Shown in pieces: positions 50,701-60,800 of a stretch of DNA of 64,000 nucleotides (position 1 is the stretch's first letter; the number at the start of each line of letters is the position of its first letter). Source of the DNA: Bilabrum cf. latius (lineage: Eukaryota); the NCBI GenBank assembly GCA_965178125.1, contig OZ237741.1, forward strand, positions 1,178,001-1,242,000, read 5' to 3'. Made by a program: the position numbers and the translations under genes. The notes below the pieces were generated by a model. It saw only the letters and a program-made list of their open reading frames with translations, was not told the origin of the DNA and ran no database searches.

Positions 50701-53479
50701 GGTGGATGCCGGTGCGCTGGGAGGACTGGTTGCTCTGCTCGGATCCAGCAAGGGCGACGAGGCTGAATGCGCAGTCGGAGCACTTCACAATATTGCTGCT
50801 GGATCGGACGATCTCAGACAGGCCGTGGTGGATGCCGGTGCGCTGGTAGGTCTGGTTGCTCTGCTCGGATCCAGCAAGGGCAAGGAGGCTCAATGCGCAG
50901 CCGCAGCACTTCTGAGTATTGCTGCTGGATCGGACGACCAGAAGCAGGCCGTGGTGGATGCCGGTGCGCTGGGAGGACTGGTTGCTCTGCTCGGATCCAG
51001 CAAGGGCAAGGAGGCTGAATATGCAGCTAGGGCACTTTGGAATATCGCTGCTGGATCGGACGATCTCAGACAGGCCGTGGTGGATGCCGGTGCGCTGGTA
51101 GGTCTGGTTGCCATGCTCGGATCCCGCAAGGGCGACGAGGCTGAATATGCAGCTAGGGCACTTTAGAATATCGCTGCTAGACTGAACGATCTCAGGCAGG
51201 CCGTGGTGGATGCGGGCGCGCTGGGAGGACTGGTTGCTCTGCTCGGATCCAGCAAGGGCGAGGAGGCTCAATGCGCAGCCGCAGCACTTCACAATATCGC
51301 TGCTGGATCGGACGATCTCAGACAGGCCGTGGTGGATGCTGGTGCGCTGGGAGGTCTGGTTGCTCTGCTCGGATCCAGCAAGGGCAAGGAGGCTGAAGCC
51401 GCTGCCGCAGTACTTTGGAATATCGCTACTGGATCGGACGGCAGGAAGCAGGCCGTGGTGGATGCCGGTGCGCTGGGAGGACTGGTTGCTCTGCTCGGAT
51501 CCAGCAAGGGCGACGAGGCTCAATGCGCAGTCGGAGCACTTCACAATATCGCTACTGGATCGGACGATCTCAAGCAGGCCGTGGTGGATGCCGGTGCGCT
51601 GGTAGGTCTGGTTGCTCTGCTCGGATCCAGCAAGGGCGAGGAGGCTGAATATGCAGCCGCAGCACTTCACAATGTTGCTGCTGGATCGGACGGCAGGAAG
51701 CAGGCCGTGGTGGATGCCGGTGCGCTGGGAGGACTGGTTGCTCTGCTCGGATCCAGCAAGGGCAAGGAGGCTGAATATGCAGCTAGGGCACTTTAGAATA
51801 TCGCTGCTGGATCGGACGATCTCAAACAGGCCGTGGTGGATGCCGGTGCGCTGGGAGGACTGGTTGCTCTGCTCGGATCCAGCAAGGGCAAGGAGGCTGA
51901 ATGCGCAGTCGGAGCACTTCACAATATTGCTGCTGGATCGGACGGCAGGAAGCAGGCCGTGGTGGATGCCGGTGCGCTGGGAGGAATGGTTGCTCTGCTC
52001 GGATCCAGCAAGGGCAAGGAGGCTCAATGCGCAGCCGCAGCACTTTAGAATATCGCTGCTGGATAGGACGATCTCAGACAGGCCGTGGTGGATGCGGGCG
52101 CGCTGGGAGGACTGGTTGCTCTGCTCGGATCCAGCAAGGGCAAGGAGGCTGAATATGCAGCCGCAGCACTTCACAATATCGTTACTGGATCGGACGATCT
52201 CAGACAGGCCGTGGTGGATGCCGGTGCGCTGGGAGGACTGGTTGCTCTGCTCGGATCCAGCAAGGGCGACGAGGCTGAATATGCAGCCGTGGCTCTTTGG
52301 AATATCGCTGCTGGATCGGACGATCTCAAGCAGGCCGTGGTGGATGCCGGTGCGCTGGGAGGACTGGTTGCTCTGCTCGGATCCAGCAAGGGCGACGAGG
52401 CTGAATATGCAGCCGTGGCTCTTTGGAATATCGCTGCTGGATCGGACGATCTCAGACAGGCCGTGGTGGATGCCGGTGCGCTGGGAGGACTGGTTGCTCT
52501 GCTCGGATCCAGCAAGGGCAAGGAGGCTCAATGCGCAGCCGCAGCACTTCACAATATTGCTGCTGGATCGGACGATCTCAGACAGGCCATGGTGGATGCG
52601 GGCGCGCTGGGAGGACTGGTTGCTCTGCTCGGATCCAGCAAGGGCAAGGAGGCTGAATATGCAACCGTGGCTCTTTGGAATATCGCTGCTGGATCGGACG
52701 ATCTCAGACAGGCCATGGTGGATGCCGGTGCGCTGGTAGGTCTGGTTGCTCTGCTCGGATCCAGCAAGGGCAAGGAGGCTGAATATGCAGCTAGGGCACT
52801 TTAGAATATCGCTGCTGGATCGGACGATCTCAAGCAGGCCGTGGTGGATGCCGGTGCGCTGGTAGGTCTGGTTGCTCTGCTCGGATCCAGCAAGGGCGAG
52901 GAGGCTGAATATGCAGCCGCAGCACTTTAGAATATCGCTGCTGGATCGGACGATCTCAAGCAGGCCGTGGTGGATGCCGGTGCGCTGGTAGGAATGGTTG
53001 CTCTGCTCGGATCCAGCAAGGGCGACGAGGCTGAATGCGCAGCCGCAGCACTTTAGAATATCGCTGCTGGATCGGACGGCAGGAAGCAGGCCGTGGTGGA
53101 TGCCGGTGCGCTGGTAGGTCTGGTTGCTCTGCTCGGATCCAGCAAGGGCAAGGAGGCTGAATATGCAGCTAGGGCACTTTAGAATATCGCTGCTGGATCG
53201 GACGATCTCAAACAGGCCGTGGTGGATGCGGGCGCGCTGGGAGGATTGGTGGCGCTACTTGGGTGGGACAGAGGCATGAAAGCTGTACACGCTGCTGTCG
53301 TGCTAGTGACAGTGTGGAACGGGTCCAATAATTTTAAAGAGGCTGTTGTGTCCGCTGGTGCAATTCCAAGGCTGATTCAAATGAGAAACCAGGGTGCTGG
53401 CGATGTGGCCATGCATGCGCGTCTGGCTCTAAGGCAAATGGATCCGGATTCCGGATGGATGACGTGTATTGCAACTTAA
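47780..53479 (+). CDS. Pseudokinase (PINK1-like fold) + about 30 armadillo repeats + C-terminal CaaX (CIAT); 1899 aa
   Basis: One frame from ATG 47780 to TAA 53477 with 15 TAGs and no TAA/TGA. Kinase motifs SGFGAVF, FAVK, HRSLKLDN, GLG, GGN*AHMAPEV and WELGVLLYELATGGQHPF; ARM consensus VVDAGALGGLVALLGSSKGKEAEYAARALxNIA. Confidence 0.85.
49565..53344 (+). repeat. Coding tandem array of 30 x 126-bp (42-aa) armadillo repeats
   Basis: GTGGTGGATGCCGGTGCG-type unit starts recur every 126 bp (49691, 49817 ... 53219); the first and last units are divergent caps. Confidence 0.95.
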
Positions 53480-56270
53480 TGGTCGGCGCCGCGCCCAGTC
53501 AATGGCGACGGGACCGATTTAAGTGCACGCAACTATTTCGGGGTTCTGGCCAAATCTGGAACCGCCCATTATCTCGCTTAATACTCATTCAACATGATAT
53601 TTAATCGCATTAAATGATTTAATATGATATTATACTCTGATTTTCGCGGTGGAAAATTCTGTTAGACATCGTGATGCGCACCTGTGATACCATGAAGGGT
53701 CGGTACCCCTTGTTGCTTGGGTGCGGCTACAGGCGTACACAGAGAGGGTTTTTGATCAAAACGCCTAGAATCACACCTCAACCCAAGTATCAATCGACTG
53801 TGAGATTAGCTGGAAAATGTTTTTGGTTAGCGTCTTGCCAGGCCTAGCCAAAGGCAATATCGCACTGCCCTGCAAGGGACATACATTCTATGATTCCAAG
53901 GCCCATAGAGGTCACTGCGCGAAATCAAGCCCGCAAATGTGTATTTTGACTATACTTACATCCCTTGCACCAGTTTGCGTTGAATTGATTTCGTGCCGAA
54001 CCGCCGGAACTGCACTGGGTCCGCGAAGTGGAATGCCTGGCGCGGCTGGGCTTCGTTCGAGCCGAACCAAAACGCCTCCTTCAAGCGCATGTCAGCCCGT
54101 AGAACCCCGTGACGGCTGAAGACGATACTTCGAGACTATCATCCCGGACCGCGTTGTCGCCGTCGCTATCTGCAATCCCTGCTCCTGTGCCTGCTCGGCT
54201 GCGTCCTGCGCTTCCTAATCCCCCAGCTCGTCTTCCTGGTCCTTCAGGTTGTCTTCCTGGTCCTTCAGGTCGTCTTCGCCATCGCTGCCGTAGCGTTCAA
54301 CCCATTTCTTGTGCATGCCTGACCGCAACTGTTCGCGTTTACGCCCTGCCGTGATGCTCGAGACCGCGCTTGGCTCGCCTGCTCCTCCCCCCGCCCTGCG
54401 CTGCTTCTTCAATGTCTGCAGCCCACCCTTTGCCCCCGCTCTTGGTCTTGCTCTTGCTCAAGCCCTTATACTCCCATGCCCTCTTGTCAGCGACGACAAA
54501 TAAACACGGCTCCAAGGACAGCTCCATCCAGCGTTTACTACGACAGCCTCCAGCAAGTCTCCTCCAGCCAAACCGGAACAACCGCGAGGCCAGGTCCAGG
54601 ATGCTCTCCCGCTTCTCTGTGTCCTCGATCAGCTAAAACGCGTTTCGGGCAGCATTCTCAGGCTCTGGCACCCCACGAACAAATCGGCTATCTCGGTTGG
54701 CCAGGATCCACAGCACTGCATGCCAAGACTGCACCAGCGACCCCACCGCGCAACCCTGGATCGAGCGACTTTCGCCGCTGGTTGGGCGAGGCTCTCCGCC
54801 AGAAAGTGGGCACATCGTTGTCATTGCTCGGCGCAGACGCTGGACCGCTGGTCGCCTCACCTCGCATTCTGTCTCGCCACGGGCGCAGCACGAGCACCTC
54901 CGGTCCCCCTGGATCCCCTGCCACCCTGCCCAGTGGTCCAGGCCCCGGAGCCGCCCGGGCGGTGCCAGAGCTCAACAGCTGGTTCCAGGCCAGCTGTACT
55001 GTTGAGCTTGTTTCTAGTTCTGATTGCCTAATTTAGACGCTTCAAGCTTTCCTTGGCTGTGTCGCATAGCTACAGAACGAGCGACTAAATAGCCCCGGTT
55101 CCACATGCAGAGGCTGCCGCAGATATGCCACCTAGCTCAAGATGAACTCGTACAAGCGCCAAATCCACAGTTCTAGGTGTCCAGCTAGTGATACCGACTT
55201 ACAGGACACGAAGGTATGTAGAGATAGGCCTCTTGCCGTGCACGATCGATAGTGCAGCGGCCACCAGAGAAACTGCGCATGCGTATGCAACTGCGCATCG
55301 AGCAGCCTAATGGTGATTTTTCTGCTGCTAAATAATTTTGTCCTCCTTCAGCGTATTCAAGCGTTGCTACATCCCTGTATCCAGTTTTAGAGGCTGACCG
55401 TCCAAATCTAAGGACCTGTCCAGTTGGCTTAGGCGGTCTCTCGCCTCAATCGAGGTGTATGATGTCTGCGAAACCCATCAGAATAGAACTGTAGTATGTA
55501 AAATACAAATATATAAAGGTAGTACCCTCCATTCTGCCAATCATGCATTTTAATCGATCATATCGACAAAAATATGTCCACGACACCCCTACCTTCAAAG
55601 CCAATTTGCAAAAATACGTCATCTCCGAATTCGCTCAAACTTCCAGACAATGATTAAAACCCACGGAAGGTACAGTAGAGGGAGAAAGAGAAGGGGGTCA
55701 GGCTTCGTTTCCATGCCAGACCTGCCTGAAGAGCACCGTGTTGCACGTCAGACCACAACAAATCGCCCGTAGTCCCGCCCAACACGGCACAATCGCGTCA
55801 AATAACGCAGAAATTACATTTAAACCTATGTACTAATCCAATTCACCGCACCTTCCTCGGAAAAATCATCAAGTTGTAGATTTCGGCTCGGCCAGCGAGC
55901 ACTCGGGACAGGCCATCACGCCATCCCAATTACCCCCACCATTTTACGATCAATGTAAAATTCAATGCCACCAAAAAAACAAATACACAATTCTATTTAA
56001 CATAAATTTTACGGTATTTGAGATATTGCCTCAATCTCGAGAAAATCGCGATTGAGTGCCAGGCGAGCAGCGCCTCACCTTGTCGGACGGGCCAGTGGAG
56101 CTACTTGCCGGATCCATGACCTCGGATCCAGCGCACCAATCGAATATAGTAATCAATTCATTCCTATTGTCAGACTTTTGAAAGAATTCATTCAGTGGTA
56201 GCCGAGGAAAGTGGCCGTAAAGAATCCGGAACCCTCTCCCGTCGCCATTGACTGGGCGCGGCGCCGACCA
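53480..56270. mobile_element. Non-autonomous TIR DNA transposon (2791 bp), PIF/Harbinger-like TAA target-site duplication
   Basis: Perfect 34-bp inverted repeats (TGGTCGGCGCCGCGCCCAGTCAATGGCGACGGGA at 53480-53513, reverse complement at 56237-56270). TAA lies immediately outside both ends (53477-79, 56271-73). AT-rich subterminal regions; no intact transposase seen. Confidence 0.88.
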
Positions 56271-56690
56271 TAAGACTAGACAACATTGATTACCAGAAGT
56301 ATCCGGATGCTACGTAGTGGTGGCCCCTACTACCTTGCATATCCAGATTTGTCTCGACGTCTGTACTTGGATACCATGATGGGAAGGGCTCTCGGAAGGA
56401 TAGAAATTCTGCGACCATGTGTGACTTGGGCCAACAGCTGTCAAATCGTGTACAATGTGCGATTTCAGTACACGGAGGTGCAGCACAGTGTGTCGCCTCA
56501 CAAACTGTACCTCAGTAAGCTAGGTAGGAATAGTGCCAGCCTGCGCCACTCGGTCTATAGTATTGTTCCACAGCCATTCCATAATGAACCCAGAGCTCTG
56601 GCATGCATCGCAAATTACCCAGCCACACAATCTGAATAGGATCAAAGCACGCCTCTACAGTTGACTATGATTCTAATGGCTGCGAGTCGA

Positions 56691-57716
56691 TCAGTCGCTA
56701 GCCCCTTCCGCCCTACCCCCGCCCTTCGCCTCGGCTACCTCTTTGGTGTTGAGGCCGTGCTTGGGCACGCCACCGCCTGCCACTGCCTCCAGGTTGTCTA
56801 GCGCCATGCGGGCCATCCGCGAGCGGGTCTTGAGGGTGGCTGAACCCACGTGGGGAGAGATCACCGCCCGCTCGGATCGAAGCAAGGGGTGGTCCCGGGG
56901 CAGCGGCTCTGGCTCCGTCACGTCGGTCGCGTAGCAGTAAATGCTCCCCGCCTCCAGGGCCTGTACCACGGCTTCGTGGTCCACAAGCTTGCCCCTGCCG
57001 ATGTTCACGAGCACTGCCTGCTCGTGCATGCATGCCAGCTCTTCGCTCCCGATCATGCCCTCGGTCTCTGAGTTGCAGGGCACTGCAAGCACCACGAAGT
57101 CGCACGCGCGGAGCAAGTCCGAGAGCTTGGCGGCGTACTCGGCTTTGCAAGCCGCTTCGATCTCGGGACTCGCACGCTTGCGATTGTGGTAGCTAATTTT
57201 CATGTCGAAAGCGAGCGCCCTTCGCGCGATGCACTGACCAATTCGACCAAGCCCCACAATTCCAAGGCGGCTGCCGTGAACCTCCACGCCGAACCAGTTC
57301 GGATCCACTCTCTCGAACCCCGGCGAGCGAACGCGCTTGTCCCCGCTCACAATGTTTCTGGCTCCGGCGAGCAGCAAAGCCATGGCAACGTCAGCCGTGG
57401 CTTCACTCATCGCGCCTGGCGTGTTGCCTACATATATATTTGCAGCTGTTGCGTCTGACGTGACGATGTGATCGCACCCCACCCCAAAGTTGCTGACTAT
57501 TTTAAGCTTCGGAAATCTGTCCAGAACTGTTTTGTCGACGGTGGGGTGCCCGTGAACCAACAGTCCTACTACCTCGTCAGCCCGATCTTCCGGCGGAGAC
57601 AAAGCCTCGGACAAGAGAACCTCAAATCGATCTGTCACCAATTTCTGCATGGCCGGAACAAATTCTTTGTCCATAACAACAAGCGGCTTCGATTTAGCCC
57701 CAGAAACCGCGGCCAT
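56691..57716 (-). CDS. D-isomer-specific 2-hydroxyacid dehydrogenase (glyoxylate/hydroxypyruvate reductase-like)
   Basis: SNFGVGCDH, GNTPG, GIVGLGRIG, LVNIGRG, DVTEPEPLP and SPHVGSAT; ends TGA. Confidence 0.92.
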   Translation of the reverse strand: MAAVSGAKSKPLVVMDKEFVPAMQKLVTDRFEVLLSEALSPPEDRADEVVGLLVHGHPTVDKTVLDRFPKLKIVSNFGVGCDHIVTSDATAANIYVGNTPGAMSEATADVAMALLLAGARNIVSGDKRVRSPGFERVDPNWFGVEVHGSRLGIVGLGRIGQCIARRALAFDMKISYHNRKRASPEIEAACKAEYAAKLSDLLRACDFVVLAVPCNSETEGMIGSEELACMHEQAVLVNIGRGKLVDHEAVVQALEAGSIYCYATDVTEPEPLPRDHPLLRSERAVISPHVGSATLKTRSRMARMALDNLEAVAGGGVPKHGLNTKEVAEAKGGGRAEGASD

Positions 57717-57850
57717 AACAACAAAATCAAAATATGGGGTGCACCAACTGCAAATGCCTCAGCCACACCTGTCTCCGATCGGATCGGATCGAGGGACCAG
57801 GAATACCCGGCCACCTGCGGCAAGCACGGCATAGCCCGTCCTTAAGGCCA

Positions 57851-60800
57851 TCATTCCAAGTCTGGGGGAGGTCCTTCCGGCAACGGGATGTCTTCTGGGA
57901 TGACAAAATCCACCCCTCCGGGTGGCGCACGGCCCTGTGAAGCTGCCGAGCCTGCCAATGGCGCCTGCTGGTTCTCGTACCCACCTGGCCAGTCTCCTGC
58001 AGATGCATCGTCATCGAGACCATCGCTCGCCCCGGGCACGGCTTCCTCGGCATACTTGGCTGCTGCCTCGAGCACGGCGCTCTGTTCGGGGGATCGAACC
58101 TGGGCCTTAGAGTTGCCCTAGGGCGATCCCATGCCCTTTGGATGCAAGGGAGGTGAACATGCCGGGTCACCACCATCCGGGTCACCACCAGCACCAGGTG
58201 CATCGCCACCCCGACCTGGGACAACACCGGTACCCGTGTCTTCGTGCCCGCCCTCGCCCCGGCGCCGGTCCCTCCCCCGCGGCTGGCCGGCAGGCGGCTT
58301 CACCCCCTTCCAATGCTTGGCCCTATCCCCTGGCAGACTGCCAATAACAATCCTAGTCTCTGCTCCGGCCAAGAACGACAGCGCGGCGTTCACTCGGGCT
58401 GCGTCTGCTGGGCTGGTCGCACCGCGGGTGGGCATTGGAGTGGACAGCTGCGAAGGGGAAGGCAACGCTTGCTTGCTCTCTGAGTCCGGTGTGCCGCGTT
58501 TGCCTCGCCCGTGCACTGCCCGACTCTTCCGCAGCGGGCTTGTCCTTGCTGCAGCCGAGCTGGCCTGGGGTACATCTCGAGGTGTGAGTCTCCGCCCACT
58601 GGCGCTTGCACGTCCCACTGGAGACAGCAGCAGAGGGGAGTGCTTCGGGGCCGCGGCGAGCTGCATGATTTTGCTGGGGCTATTAGAACTAGCGACAGCC
58701 TGCACTGGAGCACCACCATCATCGGCCTTGTGCTCGTGGCTGGTTGAAACAAGCTACCCATCGCTAAACGCCGACTAGGCTTCCACCGTCTCACCCACCG
58801 GCTTTGATGCAGCAAGGGCATCGGTGCCAAGCTCAGCCCCCCTGGCAGCATCCTGTGCTCGCCCTCCTGACCGAGCCGAAGCCAAGCGCTCCACATGCTC
58901 CGAGTCCATCGCGCCCAGGTCTAGGTGCATCGTCCGGATGCCCGGGCTTGGCGCGCCCGAGCCGGATCCGGTGCCCGGTGAGCTGCCGGCAGACCCGCGG
59001 CCCGATCTACTCTGCTCCTGCCCTAGTTGTTGTCTCTGCTTCAGCTCGGATGCTTCCACCAGCAAGGATGTTCTTCGCTTCGGAGCCAACAGCTCCTCCG
59101 TCAGTCGATCGGGGCGCCCGTCTAGCCGCATGGGCAGTCGGTCGGTGGGTGACCTGGCTGAGACATGCGCGGCAGGCTGCGGTGCTGGCCCTCGGCCAGG
59201 TGACGGCTGCTTGCCGGCAAATGCGCGGCGTGGCACCGCCTCTGGCGGCAGCGGCTGGCTGTTTTGGCGATGCTACGCGGGCTCCGGCTGCCATTGGGGC
59301 TTGTACCCTGGTATTGGCGCCGCCTTGTTGCGTCGCACCGCCTGCTGCACCTCTGCACGCCGCTGCATCCGAAGCGAGAGTCGCCTGCGGGAGTGATCGA
59401 GCGGAGACTCTCCCTCCTGCCGAGCGGCCGCCAGCTGCCTCCTCTCCGTGGCCGACAGCACGGGTCCATCCCTGCCCCCTTTGGGTGGGGATTGCGCCTG
59501 TGAGTCCTGGCTAGGCCGGGGCCCGCCCCAGCGGGACGGGCTGCTTGCCGAAGGGGAAGAGGCCGAGTTCAATGGGGAGAGAGAGGTCTATACCGCGGCA
59601 GGGCGGCCCGCCAGGCTGCTGAACGAAGCAGACGCGCGACCAGGACCAGTTCGACCTAGAGCGGGCTGTGCGCCCGAGGACTGCGAATGGGACGGCGATG
59701 TGCCCGGAGACAGGCGTTGTTCCAGCGAGAACAGGACGCTCTCAGCCGCACTGACAGCCGAAGGAGACTCTCTGCTCCCTGGCTGTATCTCGCCAGGCAC
59801 GCGCTTGGCCTTGGCCTGGCTCTCTGCTCCACTGACGGGTGGGCCGGTACTCCCGTCAGCCAGCCCAGCGCCGGCAAGCCGACTGTTGGCGCAACGCAAG
59901 GCGCCGGGATGGAAGGGTTGCCTGGCTTGTTCGCTGGCACATGCCAAATGCACCCCTTCTGAAGCGTACACGGCTGCAGCGACCGCCGGCACGACCGCGT
60001 CAGTCTTGCTCTTAAAATGCAAGACTTCCTGACCGTCTGGCAGAGGCGCGCCCCACGCCAGAGGCACGCGCACCTGTGCCACGGCACTGCCCTGCTGCTC
60101 GCTTTCGTCCACCGACACGCTCGCGCCCAGGCTGTGCAGCAGGATGGCTGCCACTGGCAGGGGCACCGTGTGGCACCCTGCATCCGACAACACCGCCACG
60201 AGGGGGGCCTCGGGGCCGCCTAGAGATGGCTCACGCGCCTGTGCCTTCAAAGGAGAAGATGGGGTGTTCAGACCATTGGACTGCACGCATATGAAGGCGG
60301 GCTGTCCACCTAGCAGCTAGCGCAGCGGGTTGGTTGCGGGTCCAGGGGATGCCTTGAGAACCAAAGCCGCGCCGTGCGACCCGTTGTACTGCTCCCATCG
60401 CTGCAGCACAGCACGAAACCGGCTCAGCGCATCTGCTGGGCCTACTGGCGATGCCAACGCAGCCGCCATTGCCCCGGCCGCAGCGGAGACGTGCTGCCAG
60501 GAGGTGCCTCCAGCAGCAACACTAGCCTCTGCTCGTTCGTCCTATCGCGGTGCAGAAGTGCGATCATGCAGCCCTGGTGCGTCTGCCGGCTTGTTCACCG
60601 AGCGCACTGCGAGGTACCGGTCATCCCGAGGATGCACCTCTGCCAGCCCATACGGCACCGGCGCCGTCTCGGCCTCGGTACTGCTAAGTGCATGCGATCC
60701 TAGGGCCAGGCCCACCTCGACAGGCAGCATGATTCTGAGTCCGGAACCACGTGGCTCTTCGACTGATGCATCACCTGGCTGTTGGCCAGCTTCTGACACG

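Noticed and set aside
50606-52552. 648-aa antisense ORF (and the 375-aa alternate-frame ORF 51612-52739)
   Set aside because: Shadow ORFs created by a stop-free repeat unit; only the ARM frame resembles a known fold.
49565-53344. CRISPR array or non-coding satellite
   Set aside because: The units are contiguous 126-bp coding repeats with no unique spacers, no cas genes and a eukaryotic context.
47780-53479. Kinase-ARM locus as a pseudogene with many premature stops
   Set aside because: All 15 interruptions are TAG, with no TAA/TGA or frameshift over 5.7 kb, and core genes in the window show the same pattern.
46711-56325. A larger element bounded by ATCCGGAT-containing motifs (46714, 46845, 53442, 56301)
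   Set aside because: Only short palindromic matches; no extended inverted repeat or target-site duplication.
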